From NCBI GenBank assembly GCA_040954595.2, contig CM082592.2, positions 1,922,001 to 1,986,000 on the forward strand: a DNA stretch of 64,000 bases, given 5' to 3'. This document shows, piece by piece, positions 39,900-52,489 of the stretch. Every line of letters begins with the position of its first letter. Positions within the stretch are counted from its first letter, which is position 1. The stretch is from Balanoglossus misakiensis. Its lineage: Eukaryota > Animalia > Hemichordata. The position numbers and the translations under genes were made by a program. The notes beneath the pieces were generated by a model. The model ran no database searches, was not told where the DNA came from, and saw only the letters and a list, made by a program, of their open reading frames with translations.

Positions 39900-40168
39900 A
39901 TGGCGACGAACACGGCGACGAGTGACGAAGGAAATGCGGACGAGCGAATGGCACCGAAGGACACGTTGGCGACGAACGAATGGCGACGAGCGACGAAGGA
40001 AATGCGGACGAGCGAATGGCACCGAAGGACACGTTGGCGACGAACGAATGGCGACGAGCGACGAAGGAAATGCGGACGAGCGAATGGCACCGAAGGACAC
40101 GTTGGCGACGAACGAATGGCGACGAGCGACGAAGGAAATGCGGACGAGCGAATGGCACCGAAGGACAC
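39900..40168. repeat. 68-bp minisatellite, ~3.7 copies
   Basis: GAAATGCGGACGAGCGAATGGCACCGAAGGACAC recurs at 39931, 39999, 40067 and 40135. Confidence 0.95.
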
Positions 40169-40349
40169 AATCTCGGGGAAAGTTGCGAAAAAATCCACGG
40201 ACGAATCTCACGAGCGCATAGCGAAAATAATTTCTATAAAAGAAAAAAGAACATGTTAAACATACATTTATATAATCATTACACAATTGAATTACAACTA
40301 CATTACACACCTTTGTCTGCATTACCCTTTACAACCTGTACACGTTTAA

Positions 40350-40745
40350 TTTGACCATGTGGCATTACCGGTTACACCTTTTTGTCACTACACTTTAAAC
40401 CCATAACACACCAACTCATTATTATTAACCCTCTGTACAGAATTAATGTAACCACGTGGCATAATTTAATTAATTTCCCTTTATTCATTGTTTTCACTAG
40501 ACCATAAAACCAAACACCAGTCATATTTATATACCCTTTGTTAACACTTTACCACGTGACATAACCCGGCAGTTACACCTTTTTATCACTATAGTCATAT
40601 TAACCCTCTGTACAGAATTATATGTAACCACGTGATATAATTACCCTTTTGTACACATTTGTTTCACTATACCATAAAACCATTTAACCACACACTTGTC
40701 ATTTATATACCCTTTGTTAACACTTTACCACGTGGCATAACCCTC
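40350..40745. repeat. Degenerate ~175-180-bp tandem repeat rich in CCACGTG
   Basis: ATTAACCCTCTGTACAGAATTA and ATTTATATACCCTTTGTTAACACTTTACCACGTG each occur twice, ~175-180 bp apart. Confidence 0.8.
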
Positions 40746-41329
40746 GATTTTACAGTACATTACTCATCACAACTTTGAAACCAAAATATTATACCCATGC
40801 AAACATTTGTATTTCTCAAAGTACCCTTGTTTGTTTGTGCACAATGTTTACATGGCGCGCCGGTTGCAAAGAAAAACGGTGACAAGACGATACAGCACAG
40901 CGCATACAATCAACAAAACACAGAACAATGTCACCATATTCGCAGCGTTACACTCTGGGACCAATGCCGACCACTCCATTTTACCATTTCCACCGCGTAG
41001 TTTTACCAGAGATCAGCCGCCGTCCATGTTTCCAAACTGAAAGACAAAGAAATGATGCCGTCTGCGAATTCAAATGCCACTAACGGACAGAGTGGCATCA
41101 TGCGAGTATGATAATTAGCATCCAGAAAAATCCAGAATAAACCCACTGCGCATGCACTCTAGCCTTTAATTAGACAAAATATTCAGTTCAACGCAACACG
41201 CCCTGGTTGGGATTATAATAACAAAAGAAAGAATTATCAGTTCGGCAAGATTTGAATAACACCGAAAATTCACTGCAGTGGCAACGCGCGTCTAAATTAA
41301 ATGAGACACCTGATTTTATCAGGCTGATT

Positions 41330-41389
41330 CCACAGGTCGCGCGGTAGTTGAGAGCGCTTGAGCTCTCAACAGCGCAGCGCGACCTGTGG
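41330..41389. repeat. Short palindrome/hairpin, probable transposon remnant
   Basis: CCACAGGTCGCGC..GTTGAGAGC / GCTCTCAAC..GCGCGACCTGTGG. Confidence 0.7.
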
Positions 41390-42862
41390 CTGATATAATG
41401 GGCATGTAACAAGATTTGCAACATTGTTGATGCTTATGCAGACATTATGCTTGAAGAAATTTAAAACTCAAACTTTGTAGCCTTTATGAAGAAAACTCGG
41501 CAAATTGTGCGTGTCATTTTTTTCCGTTACCATGCATTAATTTTACTGACACAGAACACTCCAAGGAAAGATACAGTACACGTCCAAGGACCGCCGATTA
41601 CATGCACAGGTGGTTACAATGAATGTTGATAAAACTTTTCTGGAACTGTTTCCATACAGTCAGTTGGACTTGGAAATACACAGGCCCCTATTATGCGACA
41701 AGTGACATCATTTCGTTTCTGATAAAACGTATCATCGAGCAGTGGTTTTCCACGACAAAACGAGCGTCCACTCAATTTCACTTCCATGTTTCCCACAATA
41801 AACTTGTGCAGTTGTGATATAAAGTCAGTCATCGGACAAAGCTTAGAGTGTTCGCTCTCCGCGTAGAAACAAGCCCATTTTGTTGGATACTGTGACTATG
41901 CCCAAACTTAATAACCATGTTGGGACATCCGTATAGAGTAATTACTTGACAGTGAAATGAAAACCATGGAATATTATCTATATATAACAGATTATGATGT
42001 TTCACAGAGCTGTTTTGGAATGTGTAAAGGTGAAATTCGTTCTCGTTCTGACTTCATACCTGACCCACCCATTAGTAAAATGTTGAGGGTCCTTCCACTC
42101 GGACAAGCACGCGGCTTTGTGGAAGCTAGCCGACAGTTATCGCCGGGTTGTCGGATTTGTTGCCGAATTTACCCGATGATCGTACATTCGGCCATGGAAT
42201 CAGTCTCCAAGTGGAACATGTTTTCTTGTTTACATAAACCTAGATCTGCTGAAATATCGATCCGATTTTGAAGAGCAGGGCTTCGCTGTAGACCTGCGTA
42301 CTACATTGTGGAGGCCGTGTAACTATAACTCCAGAAACACGTCGCTGTGCTAGACTTTGCTATTTTTATTACGGAAAGTAACCTTCCTAAGTTCAATCCT
42401 GAACGATCTAGTCAGCGAAACTCACAAAGGGGAGATTTTGTACGGTATTGACAATGTGTCCACCCCACAATTGAATGATCACCAGAAACCGAAAGGGGAG
42501 CCCTGGTAATGCAGGAGCGAGTCGTAAATTAAAATATCTCTAAAAAAACGTTTCCGATCTCCACGGGATTATACGTAGTCGTAGTCATCGCCAGTGAATA
42601 AAAGTACAGCCCAATTGTAAGAAGGCAATGGCGACGAAATAAACCGAGTTTCAGAAATAACGCGAAGCCCCACCCCACCCCAACGGTACAGCTGCGTACC
42701 ACAGCTAGCTCGGAGCGAGAGTTTCGGTACCGAGTTGAGTTACAAATTTGGCCTGAGCTGATGGTTTGGGTTACGCGATCCCATGACTTGGTACACGTTC
42801 ACACACGCTAAGCTTGTTAAGAAACTATTTGGACAGAATAACGGTCAAACAAATATCACATA

Positions 42863-43761
42863 CCGTACTTGCCCGGGTAAGAACCCCTGCTCGGACAAAC
42901 GCCCCCCCCCCCCCTGGTTTTAGGGCCCATTTGAAGATCGAGGTCATATCCGGTCTAAAGCCCCCCCCCCCCCCCCCCCCCGGCCGAATATCCATTAAAT
43001 TCTTGGAAATTTAATAAAGTGCAATGCAAAAAAGGCGGATTTTCATCCCCAAAGTCACTAAAAGTGAACAAAAAATGTATGATGATTTACTTTCGCGCTA
43101 ATTATCGTACCCACCGCGGCCGACTGGCCACGCTGAGTTATATATAGCCGCTGTAGAAAACATGACCTCAGACAGGTCCCTCGGGACCGTGCCTCGAATT
43201 CAACGATCACGTAGATGGACGCGCTGCCGCGTATGAGGTCACCGGGGAGCTTTCCAAAGCGGCCGCGTGGAGCTGCTTCAGTCCGTCCTCGACGCGAAAC
43301 ACCCAAAATTGGAAGATCCCGACTTGGACTCGGAGAATGAACCACTCAAAAATTCCGGTAGAGAAAGGCATGATTGCCACGATTAAGATAGATGTATTTA
43401 CGTGCGTCCGTCCGTCGACGTCAAAGTATTAAATGCATGGGTGGGATCGACCATTTACCAATGTCCCGGTTAAACGGGATGTTTTGTCTGCGCCCATGGT
43501 GTCCCGATTAAACGGCGGCGACTGTAATATGTTTTCTGTATTTGATTTATGGGTAAAAAAAAATTTATTATTTAATAAATACATTGTTTGACCGTGAAAT
43601 TTTTGGCCATGTTATTTGCATCATTATTCACCCCTTCCTCGTGTCCCTAGACCCTCATTTGCATAAATGTCGAGGTTGCGTCCGGGCTAAAGCCCCCCCC
43701 CCCCTGTTTTTTCGCTAATCTATGGGCCCAGCACCCGGGGCTCTTACCCGGGCAAGTACGG
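42863..43761. mobile_element. Tc1/mariner-pogo-type MITE, with a nested end of a second pogo-like MITE at ~43460-43526
   Basis: TIR CCGTACTTGCCCGGGTAAGA(A/G)CCCC at both ends with TA TSD; internal TGTCCCGATTAAACGGCGGCGACTGTA terminus. Confidence 0.88.
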
Positions 43762-45046
43762 TACACACAAATTATTCATTAAATAATCTTATTTAAATAA
43801 CTCGAAAAATATAAAATGAATAAGTACAACCATTGAAAGATTCTTTTGTCTAACGGTGACCAATTAAACGACCAACAGAAAATACAACATTCCACCAAAA
43901 GATAATAGACTGACAATTAATAGTACTGGGATTTGCATGCAATAATTCTATAGCTAGCGTTAAAGTTTTCAAGGAACAGTCACGTATTACCTCACAATAT
44001 TGTCCTGACGAGTTAGAAGAAGAAAAACTCCATGAAATTTCCAGCTCGAGGGTGGCGTAATCGGGGATCCATAAATAAGGGCAAATTCAAGTTCTCGAAA
44101 TTCTAGAATAGACCACACAGAATACCCAAAGACCGGATCCAGGACGCCGGGTTCACATGTGGTGTACTCACGGAACTTCAATGCTCCAAGAACACTACTT
44201 TCTTGAAAGACCGCTGGAACATACGACAAGAATCCTTGATGATGGTGACGGGACGACATGTAAGGTAGTAAAGCACGAGGTCGGATGGAAACTGGTCAAT
44301 GTGGCCGGAGACAACACGTGGCATAGTAACCTTTTAGAAATAACGGCGAGGCAACGTGGCAATGTACGTTTTTTATACGACTAAAATAAATAATTAATTA
44401 ACACCTGGATACGCGGTGTGTTGAACAAAGGAATAAAAGTGAGGTTCACCTGGTCATTGAACCATTGGACACATGGACAACATAACACGCTAAAAAAGCA
44501 AAACAAAACAGAACACTATTTACTTGATAACAAATCATGGCTTACACTTAGTTTTCTAGTTGCTGAATACGAGAAATGACTTAAAAATCTAAACACATGA
44601 AGCAAATCTAGCCATATGCGTAACTTTCGGAAAATGTACAGGACGTAAGACAGAAATTGGTACATAAAAACAAAAGCACAATTTGTTCGACGCTTGTGGT
44701 CTTCCTGCGCTTGGCGCACAGTGCGCCCTCATGCGACCGAATCGAATCATGGGAATGGGAACATGGTGACTGTCGCTTATTTTGGTCTAACGTAACCATG
44801 GTTTCCTGTCGTGAAACCTTATGTTCTACACATTGTTGTTCGTGGGAGTGGCATCAGTTTGCGTTCAGGTGAGAATTGTTTGCTCTGCCTCCGCGTATGA
44901 TTCGAAAAACGCGTTTACAAAGCAAAACGGATATCGATACTTCCGGTTTGTAATGTGCGATCGCTTATACACGGCTAGCTCTGCGTACTGTACGCAGAGC
45001 TCCTATGTTTCAAGTCTCTGTGTTCGGACCAATCATTACCTCATTA

Positions 45047-45553
45047 GGGACTGGTCAGTTTCTTCAGCATGGGGGATTGATTCTATGTTGTGGATATCAA
45101 AAGTGAGTGACACCCCCTCCCATGTCAACTTTCACAAACTGTAATTATCCCCCCCCCCCCCAGCGATTTTGTGATTTGTTTGTAAAATTCAGAGCTCAAA
45201 GCTGAATTTTAATGAACTCAAAAGCAAATCAACTCAACAACGTTGGGGAGGGCAAATTTTACCTTTGCCCCTCAAACTCAACATATGTAGGGGGGGGGGC
45301 AAGTACCCTGCTCTGTACTGCCTGCTAAAGAATCAGGGGGGTGGGTGTCCCCTCCCACATTAGATAATTTTCTAATTTAAGAGCTCGAAACTGTATTTTT
45401 GTGGACTCAAAAGCAATGTTTAGTCCCTAATTCAACATTTCCAAAACAAGGTGAGCCCCCCCCCCCCTCTCATCACCCAATTCCAAAACAGGGTGACCCC
45501 TCCCCCCCCCCCCCCCCCCCAGGCTGAAGAACCGACCAGTCCAGTCCAGTCCC
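45047..45553. mobile_element. PIF/Harbinger-type MITE, family C
   Basis: TIR GGGACTGGTCAGTTTCTTCAGCATGGGG / CCCCAGGCTGAAGAACCGA(CCAGT)3CCC; TTA on both sides. Confidence 0.82.
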
Positions 45554-46392
45554 TTAGTAGGCTCATGACTTTAATGTGAAGTTAAAGACAGGTATACATT
45601 CTTCAGTATTGTGGAGGAAACCGACAGTTTTGGGGGACCAGACACGGATTAATTGTAACTGTTTCACCAGCGAAGACATCAATGTATAGTGCTACAAACA
45701 TCAAAATGTAGTGACATTTGGACGTCAATAAAATCAGCATTTTTTCCCTTCCACCAGACCCAGACCCAGTTCAACGATGCAAGGTGAAATAGATTGTGTC
45801 CATCAAATCCTGACAACAACCAGATGCTTAGTATCTACATAGGAAATGTATTTGCAGAACAGTGGTGAGTTTTTGGCTGAGGCCTATGGCCAGCAAATAG
45901 TTAAATAATAACACATGTTTTATAACAAGGGCAATATCATGATTTTTAGCCTGCACGCAAGGGGTGGTGATCTCTGACCATAATATTGATGATGCCCAAG
46001 CAGAGAGCACCAGCCTGAGGGCAGGCAGGAAATCATGATGTTTCCCGAGCATTTTGAGTTATCCATTTTCTTACACAGAATATTTGGTACATGAAGCATA
46101 GAACATTAAATTTAGAGTTGTGTGTCCAGGGTCGTTAATTTTTGGAGAACTGTAGCTGTAGGCCTACTTTCAACACCGAGAATTTTGAACAACTGTTGGT
46201 TAAAATTCTGATGTGTTTACTATCCATTTGCAGTAAAATATCATCGAACTGAATAGGTTAAGGTGTGTTGGTCTTTGAAGCCATAGATGCCGGAGATTGA
46301 GATTGATTCTAATGACAATTTGTCATGTGCAGAAAAGATGCACACTACAGAACTTGAAAATCATCCCCAGTAGACTGTAACCCCTAGCTACC

Positions 46393-46705
46393 ATGTTTTT
46401 CTTTATGCTCCCCACACACGGTCTAGTAATTTGGTTTCTATTTTTGAAATTTTTGCAAGTTAAAGGACTCTAACCGTGGCAGCGTAGGTCAATGCTTACC
46501 ATGTGATCATGTACATTAGAAGTCATTATACAACCTGATCTACTACTGATTGACTGAATTAATGAGCAGGGGTGTTGCTCAATATCAGTGACCTTAAGTT
46601 GCCATGGCTGGAGTCCTTTGACAAGCAAATAGGAAATGTAGCAAAATTTCAAAGATGGAGACCAAATTGCTAAACCCTGTGTGGAGCATAGCATAAAAAA
46701 ACACA
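46393..46705. mobile_element. Old, degenerate palindromic MITE
   Basis: Imperfect ~100-bp inverted arms (TATGCTCCCCACACACGGTCTAGTAATTTGGTTTC versus GAGACCAAATTGCTAAACCCTGTGTGGAGCATA). Confidence 0.55.
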
Positions 46706-47302
46706 GGAGTCTGGATTCTAGACAATAAACTTACAGGAATGCAATTAGCGTACAGTACAGATTTCAATTTCCCTTCATTGTACATGTACCTGCTGCACCA
46801 CAGCAGTAAATCTTTGAACTACAACTGTGCGTTTGATCTCTGATTTTATGCTTTTATTTAAATTTTCTCTCCAAGGTCATGGTGATATTTGTGGTGACCT
46901 TGATTTGTGCTGTGTGTATATGTTGGTGAACTTGCTGGCTGTTGACCCATGGTTGTGTATAAAGAGAGGCTTTCCGAAATCCCAGCCATTGCAGACGGTA
47001 GGTTGCAGTGAAACTTGTGTTGTTCATTTTCAACAAGGTACATTTTTTTATGTGATCTTGTAAGTGTTGCTGTTAGATGTTATAGCATCATAAAAGCTAG
47101 TTGGAAGGTTGGAGGAAAAATTGCTGACACACTTTTGAAGGATGTTTTATACCAAGATTTGTTAATTTCAACCAGAAATTGTGCATTGTTTTTGCAAAAT
47201 GGAGTCAAATAAGATTTTTGTAAGATCCGCAAAAGTGCTGTGTAAAATAACAGCTGTCTACTGTATACGATCAGCATCAAGTATATCTGGGCTTTAAGAA
47301 AA

Positions 47303-48112
47303 TATTATTATACATCTGGCACCGAGAACAATAGAATTTAGCGTGCGCTAAAAAAGCCGTACGGAACGGTACGTACGGAACGCATGTTAAATAAGTCTTC
47401 AGTTTCAAGGCGCCCCAACTCACCGTGTACAGGTATGCGTTGTTATGCGAATGGTTTCAAGACACCCCCACTCCAACGCACGCGCACGTACGTAAACAAA
47501 AAAGAAAGATGGCTGCTCACTGAGTCAACTGAGCGGTTTTCGATCGATTGTATCGGCATTTTGGGCGTTTTGGAAGCCAAGTAACATGCAACGCAAGAAC
47601 TAACGGAGATGTAAGATGTATAATAATAAGGTTATTACGAAAATACCGCAAAGTATGCACTCGGACATTAGCGCAGCGCATCGCCCTCCGCTGCGCGTCG
47701 GGCGATACTTGGCGCTAATGTCCTCGTGCATACTTTGCGGTATTTTCGTAATAACCTCATATTATTATACATCTAGTGCCGAGAACAATAGATTTTGGCG
47801 TGCAATAAAAAGCCGTACGGAACGGTACGTACGGAACGCGCGTTAAATAAGTCTTTAGTTTCAAGGCGCCCCAACTCACCGTGTACAGGTATGTGTTGTT
47901 ATGCGGACGGTTTCAAGACACCCCCACTCCAACGCACGCGCACGTACGTAAACAAAAAAGAAAGATGGCTGCTCACTGAGTCAACTGAGCGGTTTTCGAT
48001 CGATTGTATCGGCATTTTGGGCGTTTTGGAAGCCAAGTAACATGCAACACAAGAACACAACGGAGATGTAAGATGTATAATAATAAGGTTATTACGAAAA
48101 TACCGCAAAGTA
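47303..48112. mobile_element. Non-autonomous Crypton-type palindromic element, partial head-to-tail dimer (457-bp unit)
   Basis: TATTATTATACATCT..CCGAGAACAATAG repeats at 47303 and 47760; ~160-bp hairpin at 47614-47774. Confidence 0.7.
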
Positions 48113-48667
48113 GTTTCTTAAAACTGATGACGTATCTTCCCCACTTCCCTCTTTTGAGGGTCCAGATTATCACAGAAAACAATGGATTTGGACAAAACCA
48201 TGGTGGTGAAAGGGTTTTTCTGCACCGCATGGAAGGCTATTCAGTTCCTGAATGAAATATCCATGTTCTTCTTTTCTCGTTTGTAGGAGATTTTCACTGT
48301 CACTCCACGGCGACGGTCTGGAGGTAACTTCTTTCGCTTCGGTTCGGCCCAGCTATACTGGAAACACCAGGTGCAGGAGCAGAAGAGAAATGTCTTTGAC
48401 AGACACGCCATGTTTAGTTGAAGAGTTGCACCCTTGTCTTTGATCTGCCATACTCAGTTGAAGGCATGTTCTTGTGTCTTTCAAAAGAGCAGTAAATTAT
48501 GGCAGACAGTTTGCTTAGACTTTGATATTGTGTTACCCTGTACTGCTTGTTACTTCCACTGGACATTTCCCACAATTCAGTCTGACAATGATTAAGGTTA
48601 GGGATGGGGATGTTTTCTGACATTTCTGAATTCCACTATGGAATTGTTGTAGCATGAGCATTATGTA

Positions 48668-48843
48668 TTTCATGAAACCTGTCCTTTCAGACACCTCCGT
48701 AATCAGAACACATCTCAATTTAATAAGGACAGATTTTTCAAGACAAAAGCTACAATTTAAATACCTTTGTATTACCTACATGCACCTATCTGTTAAGGGC
48801 AGATTTTGTCTTGAAGGTGTCCTTAATAGACATGTGTCACTAT
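48668..48843. mobile_element. Degenerate Tigger/pogo-like MITE
   Basis: TGAAACCTGTCCT.. and ..TGTCCTTAATAGACATGTGTCACT resemble CAGTGAAACCTGTC-type TIRs. Confidence 0.45.
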
Positions 48844-49905
48844 ATGTTCAGGTTAAAAGCATCCATTTATTAGCCAGCATATCTGTGACCTACAAAACAA
48901 TGCATGCTATATCTTGTACTCACAGACCCTCAGGGTAAAAAAATGTATGATAAGGCAGAATATATTCTTTATTTGAGCAAAAAAGCCACATTGGTGTTCC
49001 AAATAAAAACTGCATTGGTATCATTCTAGTTCTGTGATGCTGGTACCTCTGTGTACTATATATTGAATCATTCCAAAATCTTCAACCATGCAAACTTAAA
49101 ACAGATGGAGAAATATATTGGGTTGTCATGTTTTGTGGTATGGCCACATATCTGTATGTAAGTTGTGTAGTTATTTTTGTGTCGGTCAGTGTCCCTGTAC
49201 TGGATTGACACAAGTTATATTTGTGATGTCATCACTTGAATGTCAGGTGACAGTGTCTTCCCAGATCTAAATGCAAAACTGTGAGTGTTAAAAAACAAAA
49301 GGGTGTTGTCGTTTAGCGACAATCATAGCAAATTGGCTCTTTTGGATTGGATATGGTTTAGTGTTAGGGTTCTGTATGTTGGAAATGATTGATAATAAAT
49401 TCATTGGAAGTAATCAATGTACCTTTATAGACTAGAAGACCTAATCAGCACAAATATAGCATGTATATATTGTTTCATATTTTGTGCTGATACGTTTCTA
49501 CTTCTAGAGTTAGTATTGGAGTATATAAATATTTTATCTTGTGAGAAGGGTTTATTTATGTCAGGAATTTCTGCCATATTACATGTTGTGTTGTAATGAT
49601 ATATTTAAAAAAGCAATATAGTAAAATGAATACTGTGTTTAGATGATGTGTGTTTTTTTCGTATTAAAGCCCAAAAATGAAATTGTATCAGATACCAAAG
49701 TTGATAAATCTGTATCACTTTCCCTGACCATTCAAGCACTGATCGCCTTGGAAACAAGTGAGGAACTTTGCTGTATTTTAACATGAACATTGGTTTTGCC
49801 GGTTGCCTGTATCTAGTCCCCCATACATTTCCATCATGCACTTCACATATTGATATTGGACTTGAATTAGTTGATATCACAAGAGAAAGTTATTTGCTAA
49901 ATGAG

Positions 49906-50030
49906 AATCTGTCACCAGTTCTTTGTAGTCTCCATTGCTTGCCAGTTGACAAAGACTTGACTGCAAATTTATACAAAGCTATCAACTGTCTTGCCCCAGT
50001 CTGCATTCAGGATCTGATCACGCTGTATTA
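49906..50030 (+). mobile_element. Fossil L2/CR1-group LINE ORF2 C-terminal fragment
   Basis: NLSPVLCSLHCLPV..LYKAINCLAPVCIQDLI matches the HITPVL..LHWLPV..YKAL.GLAP.YL.DL motif. Confidence 0.7.
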
Positions 50031-50247
50031 TCACAGGGGCGCTACCTCCATGTTTTTATTGTGTTTATGTGTGTGTTTGTGTGGGTGTGTGCGCACGCTC
50101 GTGTGTGTGTGTGTGTGTTGTTATTGATTGGCATAATAAAATGTTAGGGTATCTTCAAATGTTTGTTTGGTGTTATTGATTGGCACAATAAACATACAAT
50201 TATGGTCACGTTTGTTTGTTGACATTTTACGGTATATTAAACAGTTA

Positions 50248-51199
50248 GGGACCGTTCAGTTTTTACGGCCGGGGGGGGGGGGGGGGGGGTGCGGCAAAAT
50301 CCAGGGGGGGGGGGGGTCACTTAAATTTAGAAGTCCAAAGGGGGGGGGGTCATCTGTTATTTTTAAACGTTTATGGGGGGGGGTCACATACTTTTGCCGC
50401 CAAACTTTTGCCTTTGAGTCCACAAAATTGCGGTTTCGCACCCTTTATTTTACAAAATTTTCTAATGTGAGAGGGGGACACCCCCTCCCACACCCACCCC
50501 TTCATTCTCCGCCACATTTCATTTTTTTCCTGGTTTGTCTAGTGTACCAGGGCAGAGTGCTTGCCACCCCAACCCCACGGATGATAATATTTAAACAAGT
50601 AAATACATCAAGGAGAATAATCGTTTAAACCATTTCGCATATCTTGATGGTTTCGTGCTGCATCTTCTATATACTAGAAGTTTTATAAATGATGTCATGA
50701 CGAAGATGTCGCCAAATCGTCTAACTTTGAGTGGGTGGTAAAAAGTAAAATTGGTCCTCCCAAACATTGAGATAATTTGCTTTTGAGTTCATTAAAATGC
50801 AACTTTGCGCTACATATTTTACAAAATTTTCTTTCACGCCCACCCCCGCCACTTTTCTTGTTTTACCAGTTCTAACAACTATTGTATTGACTTGTCATTT
50901 TATTTTGTTCATAGATTTCTTTATTGCAACGATATATATACGGGTACTTCAATTACTTTAAGAAATTTATAATTGAGGTGTTAGGAGCATCATTCCCTTT
51001 ATTGCATACGGTGTACATAGGATTAGGACGGCGAATGTTTTCAGCACAGGGGGGGGCATCATATTTTTGGGTCTGTCAAAGAGGGGGTCATCATTTTTTG
51101 CTCCTGGGTGAAAGGGGGGGGGGGGTCGGCCTGATTTTGAGAACCGATGACACAAACTTGCCGCCCCCCCCCCCCCAGCCGTAAAAACTGAACGGTCCC
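50248..51199. mobile_element. PIF/Harbinger-type MITE, family A (copy 3)
   Basis: Same TIRs; TTA TSD at 50245-50247 and 51200-51202. Confidence 0.92.
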
Positions 51200-51681
51200 T
51201 TAGGTTAGGGTGTATTCAATGGTTAGGATTAGTGTTGGGATATTTTCGTGGAGCACACACAATAAAAGCATACAGGGAACGCCCCCTGTGGTATTATTAG
51301 CCTCGAGATCTAAGTCAAAGAACCAGTTGTGTAGACCAAACAGACTCAAAATATGGTGAACGTGCCTGTATCGTTGTGCCACAACTTTGAAATTCTCTGG
51401 GATCTGCTATTCAACAGGCTTCTGGAATTAACATCTTCAAACAAAAACTCTGTTAATTAAAAGCTTTATATAGCTGAAAAATTCATGGAAATTTGTTCAC
51501 ATTCTATAATGGTATCTATGATTTGAAGTTTGTTGAAAGTGTTGTAATATTAAACATTTACTGGTGAAAGCTTAAGCATACAGATTTATGGATTTCGCCC
51601 AATGCCTTGTCAATATTAGTCAAGCAAATGCACATAGCTTTTCGGATGGCAATTTTTAAGGGGAAGATTTTCTAACATTTA

Positions 51682-52489
51682 GGCTGCATTCACAAACACC
51701 TCTGGAGGGGGGGGGCGGGAGAATTCAATTTTTTTCACCGCTAATTTTCACATGCCCCCCTTCCGAACTGCCAATATTTTCAAATCCCCCCCCTTCCGAA
51801 CTGCCAAAATTTTGAATTCCCCCCCCCCCATTTTCTTTCACAGAGCAAAACACATGACCTATCTTGTAAAAAGAAAAACAGCGCTCCCATGAAAAGAATT
51901 TGAAACTGATGTTTCCCCTCATCAGTGGGTATTAAAACTGAACATTGTTTTGATTTTTTAAGTACATATATTTGTATTCTGTGTTGGGAGACATTGTAAA
52001 CCAAGAATTGAAGGGGGTGGGTTTGGGAGGGGGTGTCCCCCTCCCACGTAAGAAAATTTTCTAAAATACAGAGCTCAAAGCTGCATTTTAATGAACCCGG
52101 CAAAAGCAAATTAACTCAACTACGGGTATGTTGGGGGGGGGGGGGGACAAATTTAACCGTCGCCGCTGAAAGTTATCATGGGGTGGGGCAAGTCCCCTGA
52201 TCTGGGACACTAGATAAACCAGTCAATGATTGAAAGGTGTTGATGAATGGAGGGGATGGGTGTGGGAGGGGATGTCCCCCTCCCACATCAGAAAATTTTG
52301 TAAAATAAAGGGCGCGAAACTGCATTTTTGTGGACTCAAAATAAATATTAAGTCGTTAAAGTTTTCAAGTCCCCCCCTTTCAGTCCCTAAATTATTTCAA
52401 ATCCCCCCCTTACATACCCTCAATTTTTTCAAATCCCCCCCTCAATTCTCCTGCCCCCCCCCCCTCCAGAGGTGTTTGTGAATGCAGCC
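51682..52489. mobile_element. PIF/Harbinger-type MITE, family B
   Basis: ~44-bp TIR GGCTGCATTCACAAACACCTCTGGAGGGGG..GGAGAATT; TTA TSD on both sides. Confidence 0.9.

Noticed and set aside
39801-40354. Six overlapping ORFs of 106-173 aa
   Set aside because: Artefact of the stop-poor 68-bp minisatellite.
38120-44130. Shared GGTGGCGTAATCG at ~38126 and ~44051
   Set aside because: The match is too short to establish homology.
48110-48660. Coding-like - strand stretch (..WAEPKRKKLPPDRRRG..)
   Set aside because: Interrupted by stops, with no recognisable domain.
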